From Octopus vulgaris (taxonomy: Eukaryota), in the NCBI GenBank assembly GCA_951406725.2, contig OX597828.1, positions 18,352,001-18,416,000 on the forward strand: 64,000 nucleotides of DNA. Direction: 5' to 3'. Within the stretch, counting starts at the first letter, position 1. Every line of letters begins with the position of its first letter. The notes beneath the pieces were generated by a model. That model worked only from the letters and a program-made list of their open reading frames with translations, made no database searches and was not told where the DNA came from. A program made the position numbers and the translations under genes. Shown here in pieces: positions 16,000 to 29,538 of this stretch.

Positions 16000-17402
16000 A
16001 ATCTATTCTCGCTTTCCTTTTAAAGTGAAACTTGAAAATGTTGATGACGGCTTAGCCAAAGTGGATGGTACCTGTCTTCAGTCCTTGCAATCTCGTCCAC
16101 CACACAACCTCTTTCACCGAAGTTACAAAACAAGTAAACACTGCCTGCCCTTCCCGACCAAAGGAAGGAAGCGAAACATTCTTCACAAGGGATCCATCCG
16201 ATGATCGGTTCCGTCCTCCACGGAACAGCAGTTGTTCGTCATAAACCTACGAGTCATCAATGTTTGGGCACTGTACGAGAGCGTGCAGAACAGTTTCTTC
16301 GGTCTACGCGCATCCCGCATGCGCCCAGCTGACAGTACTTCCATTCTTGTAGAGTTTATCCCAAAACGGCAATTATCCTCGGTAGCACTGCTAGGTCATG
16401 GATTTCTGAAAATTATCCATAGGCTCCAGCCCGAGTGTCCTCCGAAACACACTGGCCAGTTGATTCTCTTCGACGCTCAATGTCTCCCTGAGATCGTTGT
16501 CGTGCTCTACGCATCATTATTTACAGCATGCTCAGTACTCCATTCGGTGGGTGATGGCAGCAAATGGAGAGCCTGTCCAGTGTAACGCGTCCCTTCCACA
16601 GTAAACGGAAAGGTATGTGCTCCAGTTCGATTAGACGTAAACAGGAGCAAGACACGATGGTGAAATGTTAACGTATAACAGAGGCGATCTATGCATTCGC
16701 CACCTCTGTCCGGCCTTTCTCTCGACCCTGTCCATCACTTCGTCTCAGTTCTTATCCAGCTAGAGAACTGGATCAAACTTGACACCGAGCACTTTAACTG
16801 CTCATTCTGTCCAGCGTCCACGGCGTTATTGGGCAGTAGTGATCTGCCTCTCCAAGGACCAGGCTGCAGGCTCACGGACTTTTGTTGGATAATTTTTGCT
16901 CCTGATACCACCCCGTATTCTTATACAACCGATCAGGACTATGTGAATGGTGTTCAACACCATGACGTTGACTTTTTCTGCGTATGCCGAGACGATTCAC
17001 CCATATCCTAGCTCACGCCAATGCATACCGAAGGGACGAGAGGGAAAAAATCTTGAGGGATCGAGCTCATAGTACTGAGTGTTTCCGATAAGTAACCATT
17101 CACCCGAACTACCGAGCAGATGTCGCTGTACTCCTCTGCAATCCTATCACGGAAAACGGGGCCAAAACTGACCGCAATGAGAACGGAGACTAATTGTTGG
17201 TGGTTGCCGGTATCGAACGCTTTCAATTGATCCAAATTGATCAGGGCCCCCATCTATACCAGATTCTTTAGCCACCCTGTCTATGATATGTTGCATGAGG
17301 TAGAGATTGTAATGATGACAAGATCCAATCTCTTCGATAACACATTGCCCCCAAATTTTGATATCTGATATTAGCAGAGTTATGGGCCTTAAATTTTCTA
17401 TA
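16000..17402 (-). mobile_element. Degenerate L1/Tx1-like retrotransposon ORF2 fragment
   Basis: ENLRPITLLISDIKI, LDQLKAFD..SFGPVF..VRVNGYLS, decayed SAYAE (YADD position), knuckle remnant EETVLHALVQCP near 16260-16300. Confidence 0.8.
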
Positions 17403-17403
17403 A

Positions 17404-17846
17404 ATGATAATACCAATAATATTAATAATGATAATTATGATGACGACGACGACGACAACGATGATGATAATGATTCATGGTGATAATTACGACGATTATG
17501 ATGATGGTGTTGGTGGTGGTGGTGGTGGTGGTGGTGGTAAAGTTGATGATCGATGTTATTATCAACTCATTAGAACCATCGCCTCCACCGGCATCAGCAT
17601 TATCATCATAACCACCATCTCAACCACCTGTGCCACCACCATCATCATTATCCCCCACCACCACACTGTTATTGTTATCATAACTACCATCCATCGCCGC
17701 CTTGATCACCATCAACATCCATCGCCATAATCCCATAACCACCGTCACCGCCCTCACCACCATCAGAAGCATGATCAAACAGTTACAACATCCAATTCAT
17801 TGTCATCATCTTCATCATCATCATCATCATCATCATTATCATCATC

Positions 17847-17918
<72 letters not shown>

Positions 17919-18019
17919 GTCAACCATCATCATCATCATCATCATCATCTTCACCATCATCATCATCATCATCATCATCGTCAATCATCGTCAATCATTC
18001 CCATCATCATCATCTTCAC

Positions 18020-18068
<49 letters not shown>

Positions 18069-18136
18069 GTCAATCATCATCATTATCATCATCATCGTCA
18101 ATCATCGTCAATCATCATCATCATCATCATCTTGAC

Positions 18137-18182
<46 letters not shown>

Positions 18183-18520
18183 GTCAACCATTATCGTCAC
18201 TCATCATCATCAATCATGCCGCAACAACCACCTCCACCACCACCACAACCGCCTTCATCATAATTAACATCGAGATCATCATGATCGTCTTCCTTACCAT
18301 CAACACCACTACCACCACACCACACCACAGCTACCACCACCAACTACACCACGTCCATCATCAACGCCTTCATCACCATCCACGCAGCGGTCATCAACGT
18401 TTTTTGCAAATAGCAGCAGCAACAGCAGCAGTAGCAGCGGCGGCGACGTCAGCAAAAGTTGTAGCAACAGCAGCAGTAGCAGCAGCAGCAGGAGCAGTAG
18501 CAACAGCAACACCCACGACC

Positions 18521-18553
<33 letters not shown>

Positions 18554-18732
18554 TCCATCACCACCACCACCATCATCATCATCATCACCATCATCGTCGT
18601 CGTTGTCGTCGTCATCATCATCATCGTCATCGTCGTCCACTGCATCATCGCATCCATTGTCATCGTAGACATCGTCGTCGTCCCCGTCATCGGTGTCGCC
18701 ATTATAATCATCATCATCATTATCACCACCAC

Positions 18733-18782
<50 letters not shown>

Positions 18783-19110
18783 CCACCAGCATCCTCGTCA
18801 CCACAGCTCCTTTATCCCCCACCTCGTCACCACACTCGACGTGATCATCAACATCAGCATCATCACCATCATCATCATCACCACCATCATCATCATCATC
18901 ATCATCACGATCATCATCATCATCATCATCACCACAATTATCCTCGTTATCGCTACGAGCACCACACCACACCACCTTCATCACCATCAGCATCCTCGTC
19001 ACCACTTGCGCCTTTATCTCTACCACCACCACCACTACCACCACCCTCAAGGTTATCATCAAACTCACCACCACCACCACCACCACCACCAGCAGCAGCA
19101 GCAGCAACAT
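17404..19110. repeat. Compound trinucleotide tract, mainly (CAT)n/(CAC)n/(CAG)n
   Basis: Direct reading. Confidence 0.95.
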
Positions 19111-19410
19111 CAGTGTTTCATTCGTCATCATATCCCTCTAAACTCCATCACCGGTTCTGCAAGTCCAGGCTGTCACTAAACATATCGTACAGCTCTATAG
19201 CTTTAATAGCTTCTGTATTATTTGCCGAGTGTATATACACTGGGAATGTATATACTTATTGGATATTTCAGTACACGTTCGTACGGTGTTGTATGTGTGT
19301 TTACATATACAAGCACACAAGTCATAAACACACACACGCACGCACGCACACAGACACACACACGCACGCACATACACACACACGCTCGCGCAAGCACATA
19401 AGCTCACGCA

Positions 19411-19460
<50 letters not shown>

Positions 19461-19541
19461 ATGATATTTGTATAACAGATTTATATATTATTTACTGTAT
19501 TATATATACGTACATATATATACGTATATATATATATGTAT

Positions 19542-19588
<47 letters not shown>

Positions 19589-19671
19589 GGTCCCGGGTTG
19601 ATTCGGGGTTAACCACAGTAAATAAGGTACTCAATACATAGCAGAGTAAAATTAATTTATTATATAGAAGG

Positions 19672-19722
19672 AGCTTCTACAGGACTAGAACTGTTTCATT
19701 CAAGAGAAATCTTCAGGAAGCT
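19672..19722 (-). ncRNA. Type I hammerhead ribozyme (identical inverted copy)
   Basis: Exact reverse complement of 20111-20161. Confidence 0.8.
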
Positions 19723-20110
19723 AGTTAACAAGAATTGTATTGGCATTTATACATTTAGGCAGGTTTAAAGGGTATGTGTAGATATGTGTATGTATGTGTA
19801 TGTGTATATATATGTATATGTGTGTGTGTGTATGTATGTGTGTATGTATATATATATGTATGTGTGTGTATATATGTATACATATGTGTATAGGTATAAG
19901 TGAGAATCTCCTTATTTACCTAAAACTCTATTCTTTTTTTATATATATTTTTTTATTTTTTTATTTATTCTTTTATCTAATTTACCACTGACTCCTTGAC
20001 CACTCCCCCAAGTATGATATTTTGCGCTATGCCTACCCCCAAAAAGTCCCCCACCACCACCCCTTTAAACCTACCTAAATGTATAAATGCCAATACAATT
20101 CTTGTTAACT

Positions 20111-20161
20111 AGCTTCCTGAAGATTTCTCTTGAATGAAACAGTTCTAGTCCTGTAGAAGCT
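20111..20161 (+). ncRNA. Type I hammerhead ribozyme
   Basis: AGCUUC-CUGAAGA-UUUC UCUU GAAU-GAA-ACAG UUCUAGUC CUGU-A^-GAAGCU. Stem I 6 bp, stem III 4 bp, GUA cleavage triplet. Confidence 0.8.
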
Positions 20162-20176
20162 CCTTCTATATAATAA

Positions 20177-20179
<3 letters not shown>

Positions 20180-20224
<45 letters not shown>

Positions 20225-20227
20225 ATG

Positions 20228-20267
<40 letters not shown>

Positions 20268-20293
20268 CATACATATATATATATGTATGTATG

Positions 20294-20392
<99 letters not shown>

Positions 20393-20599
20393 GTCTGTGT
20401 GTGTGTGTTTGTGTAAGCATGTGCGTGTGCATGGGCCTTTGTTTATATAGCGAAATGCATAAATGTTTACATAGATATATATCTATATTTTCCATTCAAC
20501 ACCGCAATAAAGAGCTTTCGATGTAATCATATATGTGTGAGAGGATCTGAGTATGTATATATATAGGCATATGTGTATATATGTATCTACGCATGTTTG

Positions 20600-20675
<76 letters not shown>

Positions 20676-20974
20676 CAGATACATAGATACATACATACAT
20701 ACATACAGACAGACACACACCTATGTACATATATACATACTATATATTTTAGTACACACATGCCCACACATGCCCACACATATACATTTTTCTATATATA
20801 TATATAGATATATAGATATATATATATACACACACAAGTTATATATGTTTGCGTATATGTGTGACATGTTTTGTGTGTAGGTGTGCTTATCAATGCTTCT
20901 GTATCTATGTATTATGTATGTATGTATGTATATTTGTATGTATGTATGTATGTTTGTATGTATGTGTGTGTATG

Positions 20975-21028
<54 letters not shown>

Positions 21029-21040
21029 TATACATATATA
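20180..21040. repeat. (TA)n, (TG)n, (TATG)n and (GATA)n cluster
   Basis: Direct reading; (GATA)n at ~20600-20675. Confidence 0.95.
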
Positions 21041-21844
21041 CACAATTCATACATGTTTTGGTATATACGTATTTGATGTCTTGTGCGTAGGTGTGCATAT
21101 GAATGCTTCCGTATATTAGTCTTTGTATTTGCGTATTATTCGCGTATGTCTATGTGTGTATGTAAAGATACATATAGGAATATATTTATGTATGTGGGTA
21201 TGACTGTGTGTGTGTAAGTGCATGTAAGTCTATATGTGCAAATGTGTGTATATGTACGAATATATGTTAATGCAAGAATGTGTAGAAACCAATCGTATGT
21301 AGAGGAAACGGAGGAGTTTTTCTTTGGATGTTCATACTTCTCATTAGAGCAATCGTTTGTATCTGGTGAGATTTTGAATTACACGGACGAGAATAAAGGT
21401 TATCGGGAATATTTCGTTCTTCACGATATTCAGGAGTCCAATTATTGATTCCTTATATTGGCATAAAACCATAAATATGCAGGGAAGAAGTATTCTCAAT
21501 TGAATTGTCTATGGAATATGCCTGCCGTGTTATATAGGAATCAGTAGAACAAATATAAAAGGGGGGTAAAAAAGAAAAAAAAAGAAAGGCGAAATTAACC
21601 TTTGTCAGATTTGAACTCAAAGCATTGAAGGGCGGCAAAAATATAGGCAGCCATATATATTATGCACGCCATCATCGCCGTATATAATCGAAATAGAGTA
21701 AATCAAAATATTGGATTAACAAGAATCCAGTTACTAAGAGTATTACTAGTGATATATCAATGTGTGTATATAGATATGCAAATATATGTGTATAAATGCA
21801 TATATACGTATATATATCTATATCTATATATACATATATATATA

Positions 21845-21902
<58 letters not shown>

Positions 21903-22381
21903 AATATATATGTGTGTGTGTGCATGTATATATATATATATATATATATATATTCAGAGAGAGAGAGAGATAATGGATTCGTACATTTATTCAAGGCTTA
22001 CAAATGTTTCGGATAAGTATTGGAAGGAATTAGTTCCATAGTTCAATCGTATCAATTGATCGATCCATGGTCAGTCAGCTGAATAAAAATACCGAAGAAT
22101 CGCCCTCGTTTGTCCACCTCAGATCCGCAATGGAGTGATTGGCACAAGAAAGGAATTTGAAGAAGGTGGTAGTATTTGAAAAACCAGTACTACACAGGCA
22201 AAACACCGGAAAGGAATTGCAGTAGCAGAAAAGAACCAAAGAATAATACACCTGTCCATGAAAACAAATTAAATCAGATACGTTTCTATCTTGTTTAAGG
22301 CAGCCACTTGGCCGGGGCAGTGTATTGCAGTTTACTACTAGAAATTGAAATGTTAATAAAGAGGAAGTATATACATATATG

Positions 22382-22635
22382 TGGAGGCGCGTGGTTTAGT
22401 TGCTAGGGTGTCAGCACTATGATCGTAAGATTGTGATTTCGATTCCTTTCGATTTCGACGCGTTGTGTTCTTGAGCCAAACACTTCATTTCACATTGCTC
22501 CAGTCCACTCAGCTGGCAAAAATGAGTAACGCTGAATTGGACTGGCGTCCCGTCCAGCTGGGGATCACATACGCCATTGAAACAGGTAAACAGGGCCCAT
22601 GATTCTGGCTAGGTTTTAAAAGGGCGCATTCATTT
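22382..22635 (+). mobile_element. SINE family C-related copy
   Basis: A/B boxes, GTTGTGTTCTTGAGC core, GGCTAGGTTTTAAAAGGGCGCAT tail. Confidence 0.7.
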
Positions 22636-22914
22636 ATTTTTATATACATACATAAATGCATACATACATACATACATACATATATATATATAGATACATA
22701 CATACATACATACATACATACATACATTCATAAATACATACATTCATACATACATACATACATGCATACATACATACATACATACATACATACATACATA
22801 CATACATACATACATACATACATACATACATACATAATACATGCATCCCACACATAAACATATGTGTAGATCGCTAGCTACTACACATTCTATATTTTCT
22901 CTCCTTTCTGTGTT

Positions 22915-22950
22915 CCTTTCTGTGGAAGAGCGTAGGCTCGAAACGTTAAG
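22915..22950 (+). ncRNA. Hammerhead-like motif with variant core CUGUGGA
   Basis: CUUU-CUGUGGA-A-GAGC GUAG GCUC-GAA-ACGU-U-AAG. Confidence 0.45.
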
Positions 22951-23041
22951 ACTTTTTCACTTCCTGAGCGTTAAACTAATATGTCTGTTTGTTGTCTATA
23001 CCACCTGTCTTCGTCTTTTGTTTTTTTTTTGAATTCTCCAC

Positions 23042-23081
<40 letters not shown>

Positions 23082-23276
23082 GAGGGATTCTTGGAGTTTC
23101 CGCTAAGTCCACACAGGCGGGTTAGGTCGACCCAAGGTGTCACGCAAGGGAACCAAACCTGGAACTATGTGGAGGGAAGCCAACTTCTTACCACACAGAC
23201 ACATCTGCACCCATACATGTGCGTGTGTGCATGTGTATGTGTGTGTGTGTGTGTGTGCGTGTATATATACATATAC

Positions 23277-24116
23277 AGGATGCGATGGGTAAATTGTCGC
23301 CATTCTATATCTTTAATTTCGTGCATTATTTGTGTTTGGTTTTTTCGACTATACAGTATAGTAGAGTCTGTTGGGCACCATCTGTGAGAAATCATTACTA
23401 CGACGCAATTCACTCTGCCAGAAACTTGGAAACAACATGCTGTACTGCTTGGCATTCGCGCTGGAAACTCCAATATGAACATTCCAGAGCGTTTGGGTAT
23501 CAATCTGAGGACAGTGCATAAACCGAGAGTGATAAAAATCAAACATCCAATCAACATCCTTGTGTTTGGACTGATGACTAGTGATGGCGACGTTATACCT
23601 CAATTAATCTTGCTACACGGTCTCAGACTCAACACGGAGTTCTACATCAAGGGCCTAGAGGAGGTAGTGTTGCCGTGGGTCAAGAGGGTGGCTGCTAGAA
23701 CGCCCTTTGGCAAGCAGGAGATCCCAGTCATGGCTGTAGGAAAATTTCTGCGACCATACCACCCCTAACCTCTGGCCACCTGACTCTTCAGGCTGTAACC
23801 CCCTGATTATTATGTGGGGGACGCAGTTGGGCAAGAGACCAACAAAACTCCTTGTAACACCAAAGATGAACTGAAGACAAGGATTATGGCAGCATTCACC
23901 AACTTAAACAAGGAGACCATCCAGAAGAGTTGCAGGAGATTCCAAAGTCGTCTGGAGGCCAGTGTTGAAGCCAATGGCGAATTTATTGAATAAATTTACT
24001 CTTTCTCATTCCAAGATCTTTTTATGTAATTTTGGTAAATATATCTGTAAAAATGATATGCTAGTGTTATTTTCCTTTCTACGTAATTGATACGACAGTT
24101 TATTCACCGCAATTCG
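23277..24116 (+). mobile_element. Internally deleted Tc1/mariner superfamily element (maT/DD37D-like)
   Basis: KHPINILVFGLMTSDG..LRLNTEFYIKGLEEVVLPW and WPPDSSGCNP.DYYV. Starts TA|CAGGATGCG with a weak inverted end near 24090-24116. Confidence 0.7.
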
Positions 24117-24394
24117 TTATACATTCTTGCATAGTTGAAACATTTATGCCTCTTTGCTACTCATAATTATGTTTCTAATCATCTTTAAGGAGTAACATTC
24201 TATTGTTTCTAAGCAAAATCGCCTTAAAACAAACTCTATTCTCCAACTGGATATGACATCCTTGAGATTTCAGTACACAAAAACATGAAGATCGATCTAA
24301 TCCAGAGTTATATGAAACACTGTATTAAAGAATATCATTTCAAACAGTTTACGATATGGTAATTTATATTGGCATTTAGTTGAACATTCTAGCA

Positions 24395-24660
24395 CAAAAG
24401 CAAATGCAAGTACGGATAGGTCTATTTGATTGCTTTATCGATTATGTCAAGGCATTCAACTGCACAGACAGCGAAGGTCTCGTCACCTCTCTAGAAAAAA
24501 CCGCTTGAAAGGAAAAGACGTCGGGATTTTTGTTTGTTATATTGGAACCAAAATACAGCTATCAAAATAGTCAATAGGATTGTCAGAACCAGCAGAGATC
24601 ATCACAAGAGGTGTAAGTCAAGGATGTGTATTATCACCATACCTGTTTAATATCCTTATG
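24395..24660 (+). mobile_element. RTE-clade RT remnant
   Basis: CFIDYVKAFN, LYWNQ, RGVSQGCVLSPYLFNI. Confidence 0.75.
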
Positions 24661-25089
24661 GTATATGTATAAAAGGGAAGAGTCGAATGAGATCAGAGTC
24701 GTTTTGACTAATGACTCAATTCTTCTTCCTGTGGTAATATAGAAATGATACATTTCTTCCACTTGTCGAAGTTTATGGCTCTAAACCAGGCATTGAATAT
24801 TGTGACCATTAATTCAAACCTGTTGCCTGCTTCATAAACCGATGCCAGTCACTTGTTCCTTGAGCAAGTCTATCTGATTCAGCTTACCACTGTTTTCAGA
24901 CAAAGGTAAACAATTTTTTTCTATTTGTCTTTCAACCATTCCACTCAAGACATTTTTTTCTTGTATGACGTGGGGTAAAAAGTAAAGGGTAAAGACCCCC
25001 TGAAGTCATGAATGGTCATGGGATAGCACCAAGAAATTTTCCCCCTAGCTACAAGTCTGGGTATAGTTGTAACGATATTAACAATTTTA

Positions 25090-26309
25090 ATTTCAATTCG
25101 AATAACAACACCAAATCGAGCAATGTATTTCTGCAGCGTAAGGGAGATAACCGTTCTTTAAGACCCTTTTCGCCTTAAAAAGGTACATCGAGGAATTTTG
25201 AAGGTAATTACCCTCATAACAAGGTATGTCTCTGCAAAACTGTTTGGTTAATAATTCCATATGGTAAGCAGATCAAATCCAACCTCCCTTACCAGTTTCT
25301 TGATGCTATGGAAAATAATTTCCCAAGAAATCCAAGATCCTATTCGATTATCAACTCACACCGCATTAGGATAGGTTTTTCTAACACAAAAAATCTTCCA
25401 TGAATCATCTCTTCGCATAATAATAATTTGTTAAACACAAATGCACTTAATGAAAATACTAACAGTAATTTTGTTAAAACCAACCATTCTTTGAATAATA
25501 ATAACAGTGTGATTAATGTCAACTCTAATCACATTAGTTTTCTTAGCAGTAATTCTAAGACTAGAAACTCTATTTATCAATGTAAAATTACTTCCGGTTC
25601 TGACGTCTTTTTTTTATATAGGTAGTTCTTCATCTCACTGGTCCAAAAGAATATCTAATCATTACTCTACATTTAGACATCAAGAAACGTAACAATACTG
25701 GGTTTAGTAAATTAATCTGGTATCTAAAAGATCATAATAAACAATTTAATTTGGAATGGAATATCCTCTCTATTTCTTTACCTTATGACAAAAGTAAATC
25801 TTTTTTTTGCTCACTTTGTAATAGTGAAATGTTTTTCATCCTATTCTCAAAGAATCCCCCTGTAAACACGTTTATAGAACGCGTTTACCGTTGCAGACAT
25901 TGGCAGAAACATACCTTTAGTTCCTATAAGTGATTTCTACCATTCTATAAAATTTGACCTTTGACTGTCTTCTTACATTGCACTTCCACTAAATATATCT
26001 ATTTCCATGCCTTTAACCTTTATTCTAATTCACCTATCGCTCTGTAACTCTCCACTATTGGTTTTCTGCTAATGTCTTTCTTTCTCTTTCTATAAACTCA
26101 CTTTGACGTTATATCTGCTAACGGTTTTAAAAAATTGATAGTGTTCCTTTCGTCACATACGCAGTCATCACATTCTGTTAAAATCTCTTATTGATGCGCT
26201 TGGTTTCTTTCCATCCCTGATGAGAAGATTGCATTGTTTTATACCATTTTATTTCTTCTCGAATAATACCAATGCTGTCTTCGAAACATTTATTTATATA
26301 TATATACAT

Positions 26310-26363
<54 letters not shown>

Positions 26364-26445
26364 ACACACACACATCTGTTTGTTGCTTACACACCCGTCT
26401 TCGTCTTTTTTGGGTTCTTTTCTTTTTGTAAATTCCAACTATATA
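25090..26445 (+). mobile_element. Penelope-like element 3' remnant (thumb/linker, GIY-YIG endonuclease, pseudo-LTR)
   Basis: SIINSHRIRIGFSNTKNL..IISSHN, NSIYQCKIT..FFLY, KRISNHYSTFRH, FSKLIWYLK..LEWNIL..PYDK..FCSLCNSEMFFIL, with a downstream HHR core. Confidence 0.7.
26217..26290 (+). ncRNA. Degenerate hammerhead core with long stem II, downstream of the GIY-YIG remnant
   Basis: CUGAUGA-GAAGA.UGCAUUG...CAAUGC..UCUUC-GAAACAUU. The 3' strand of stem I is lost into AT-rich/(TA)n sequence. Confidence 0.45.
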
Positions 26446-27554
26446 TGTGCATATATAGATATATAGATATACATATTCACATACGTATGCATGTATCGGT
26501 GTGAGTGCGTGTATGTATGTGTATGTGTGTGTGCGCTTGTGGTGGTTTGAGTATTACCGCTTAGTTTTCCATCATCCAGACAGCGGTAAATTACTATGTG
26601 TGTGTGTGTATGTGTGTATCCACAAAAAATTTCCTTTGGCTTAATTCAAAAAGTAAATCGAATTGGAAATTCGAATAATCTCACATAAAACGGGCAAAAA
26701 CTGGTTCCACATGAGAACCACGTGACGTATTCTTTACGAATATAAAAGTGAGTTGCCAGACGTTCAATGATGTTTTACTATGCCGTTCTATTGTATGCTA
26801 TATCTCCAATTATATTTTGTGGGAATTAATTCTGATACATAGATAACAAACATCACGATAGAATATAAACGACATCGGTGATATCCGTCAACAATATTGC
26901 ATAAATTATAGATATTCTATATTCTTCGCTATATAATTCGCAACGATGTCTTGTTTGAATATGTCAAATATTGTTGTTTTGCTGTCCCGTCTGCGTGAAA
27001 GATTTTTGTCCACATTAGATTAAATTTTCTCACTGAAATTATGAGCTTTAAAAATCTGACGAAGCTATCAAATATCCAAGAGCATATCTCTGAGGTTGTT
27101 GTTTTTATTAAACCGCATGTCAACCACGATGCTGTAGATCAATCACATTGTATAACAACGTTTATATTTTAAAAATTTTTTTCGTCTTTGGTCAATAAGT
27201 TTTATTTTTTATTTGTTATCTAGAAATCAAATGAAATGACTACCATTCCCTTCAAGCTTCGGTTATTTGACCTGGACATCAATGTTTTGAAACTGACGTA
27301 TTTTCTATAACATTTTATACAGATTTAGCTCTGAAGCAGAAACAGCGTTATAGTAAATATTCTGCGCAGTACCACAGATTTGATCGTCAGTTGCTTGACA
27401 ATATGTTTGACAATATGTGCATCCCTGATCATGAACAAGAGTAGTGGGAGAGCACCATAGCCATTTCTTGAGAGGAATTCTAAGGGGTTTGAATAAATGT
27501 AACAAAAGCGAAGTTTCAAGGAAATATTAACCATTTTTCATATTTTCTAGGTTT

Positions 27555-27790
27555 AATTGTTTTATTTGTTTCAGTCATTTGACTGCGGCCTTGCTGGAGC
27601 ACAGCATTTAGTCAAGCAAATCGCCCCCAGGGCATATTCTTTGTAAGCCTAGTACTCATTCTATCGTTCTCTCTTGCCGAACCGCTAAATGACAGGGATG
27701 TAAACACACCAGCATCGGTTTTCAAGCGATGTTGGGGGACAAGCACAGACACACAATCATATACATAAATGTATATATATATATACATAA

Positions 27791-27840
<50 letters not shown>

Positions 27841-28000
27841 GACAGGCTTCATTTAGTTTCCGTCTATCAAATCCACTCACAAGGCTTTGATCGGCCCGAG
27901 GCTATAGTAGAAGACACTTGCCCAAGGTGCCACGCAGTGAGACTGAACCTCGAACCATGTGGTTGGTAAGCAAGTTACTTACGACACAGCCACTCCTGCG
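27555..28000 (-). mobile_element. SINE family B full-length copy
   Basis: Head GCAGGAGTGGCTGTG, internal (TA)n, same 3' module. Confidence 0.82.
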
Positions 28001-28430
28001 CCTATAAACCAAATAGGAAATAACAGTTGCTGCCAAAGACAAAACCGATATACGCAGTGCTATCAACCCGTCTAGTTCCTGTGTATTGAGAAGCAAGAAC
28101 TCCAATTCTTCGATTACTGAGATGGGAAAATATGATCTGAAGAATACTTAATTGTTCTTTCCAAACGTTGAGTGCCAACATCTTTAGTATTGATGTCAGA
28201 TGTACAATCGATGTGTCTAGTTTCTCGTTAATATATTTTGGATTCTTGCAACTGGAATAGTAAGAATCTAAAATATATTCTTAGGGGAATTTTACTGATG
28301 TTAACATGACTCGTTTTTAACATTCCTTTTTCAGACAAATTTTGGTTTTAAATTTTGGCACAAGCACATTAATTTCAAGGGCGGAGTAAACCGATTACTG
28401 CGATCTCAGTGCTCATCTCGTACTTATATT

Positions 28431-28814
28431 GGAAGCACTCCGTCGGTTACGACGACGAGGGTTCCGGTTGATCCGAATCAACGGAACAGCCAGCTCGTGA
28501 AATTAACGTGTAAGTGGCTGAGCACTCCACAGACACGTGTACCCATAACGTAGTTCTCGGGGATATTCAGCGTGACACAGGGAGTGACAAGGCCGGCCCT
28601 TTGAAATACAGGTACAACAGAAACAGGAAGTAAGAGTGAGAGAAAGTTGTGGTGAAAGAGTGCAGCAGGGATTGCCACCACCCCCTGCCGGAGCCTCGTG
28701 GAGCTTTAGGTGTTTTCGCTCAATAAACCCTCACAACGCCCGGTCTGGGAATCGAAGCCGCGATCCTATGACCGCGAGTCCGCTGCCCTAACCACTGGGC
28801 CATTCCGCCCCCAC
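28431..28814 (-). mobile_element. SINE family C (tRNA-Arg-like head) nested in a family A SINE, 12-bp TSD
   Basis: TGGCCCAGTGG..ACTCGCG..TTCGATTCC. TSD CGTACTTATATT at 28419-28430 and 28815-28826. Confidence 0.85.
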
Positions 28815-29240
28815 CGTACTTATATTATCTACTTCGAGATTATGAAAGCAAAGTCGACCTCGGTGGAATTTGAACACAGAATTTAAAGACAAATGAAGTG
28901 CCGCTAAGCATTTTTCCCGGCGTGCGAACGATTCAACCGATTTCACAAATATTAGTGGCATCGCAACAAAACTACAAAGGAATTAACAAGGGAGATAACT
29001 AAGGAGAGTACAACAGATATAAGGAATCAATAAAGGAGCCAATAAAAGGAAAACGAAGGGGATAACAAGGGGTGGGGATAGAAAAAAAACAAGGGAAACA
29101 AAAGGAACGACGAAGGAAAAGGCAAATAAGACAACTGGGAAACAATGAGATAATAACTGAGGCAATAAAAATGGAGATCATGAAGAATCCTTTACCGCGA
29201 CGCTCACGCTGCTAATAATAGCATCCAAAGTCTCCCTCAT

Positions 29241-29538
29241 GGAGGCGCAATGGCCCAGCGGTTAGGGCAGCGGAGTCGCGGCCGGAAGATCGCGGTTTCG
29301 ATTCCCAGACCGGGTGTTGTGTGTGTTTATTGAGCGAAAACACCTAAAAGCTCCACGAGTCTCCGGCAGTGGGGGGGGGCACCTCTGTTGTACTCTTTCG
29401 TCACAACTTTCTCTCACTCTCCCTGTTTCTTGAGTAACGCTGCGATGGACTGGTGTTCTGTCCAGCTTGGTGGGGGACACATACGCCACAGAAACCGGGC
29501 CCATGAGCCTGGCTAGGCTTGAAAAGTGTGACGTTTTA
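29241..29538 (+). mobile_element. SINE family C with alternative 3' tail
   Basis: Same head as the 28431-28814 copy, tail shared with 22382-22635. Probable TSD AAAGTCTCC(C/T)TCA. Confidence 0.8.

Larger units (their letters stand above)
19586..20178. mobile_element. Inverted pair of HHR-bearing pseudo-LTR-like repeats inside (TA)n
   Basis: ~117-bp arms 19656-19772 and 20061-20178, one mismatch seen. Confidence 0.7.

Noticed and set aside
17702-18844. 380-aa His/Ser/Ile-rich ORF
   Set aside because: Lies entirely in (CAT)n-type repeats and has no domain content
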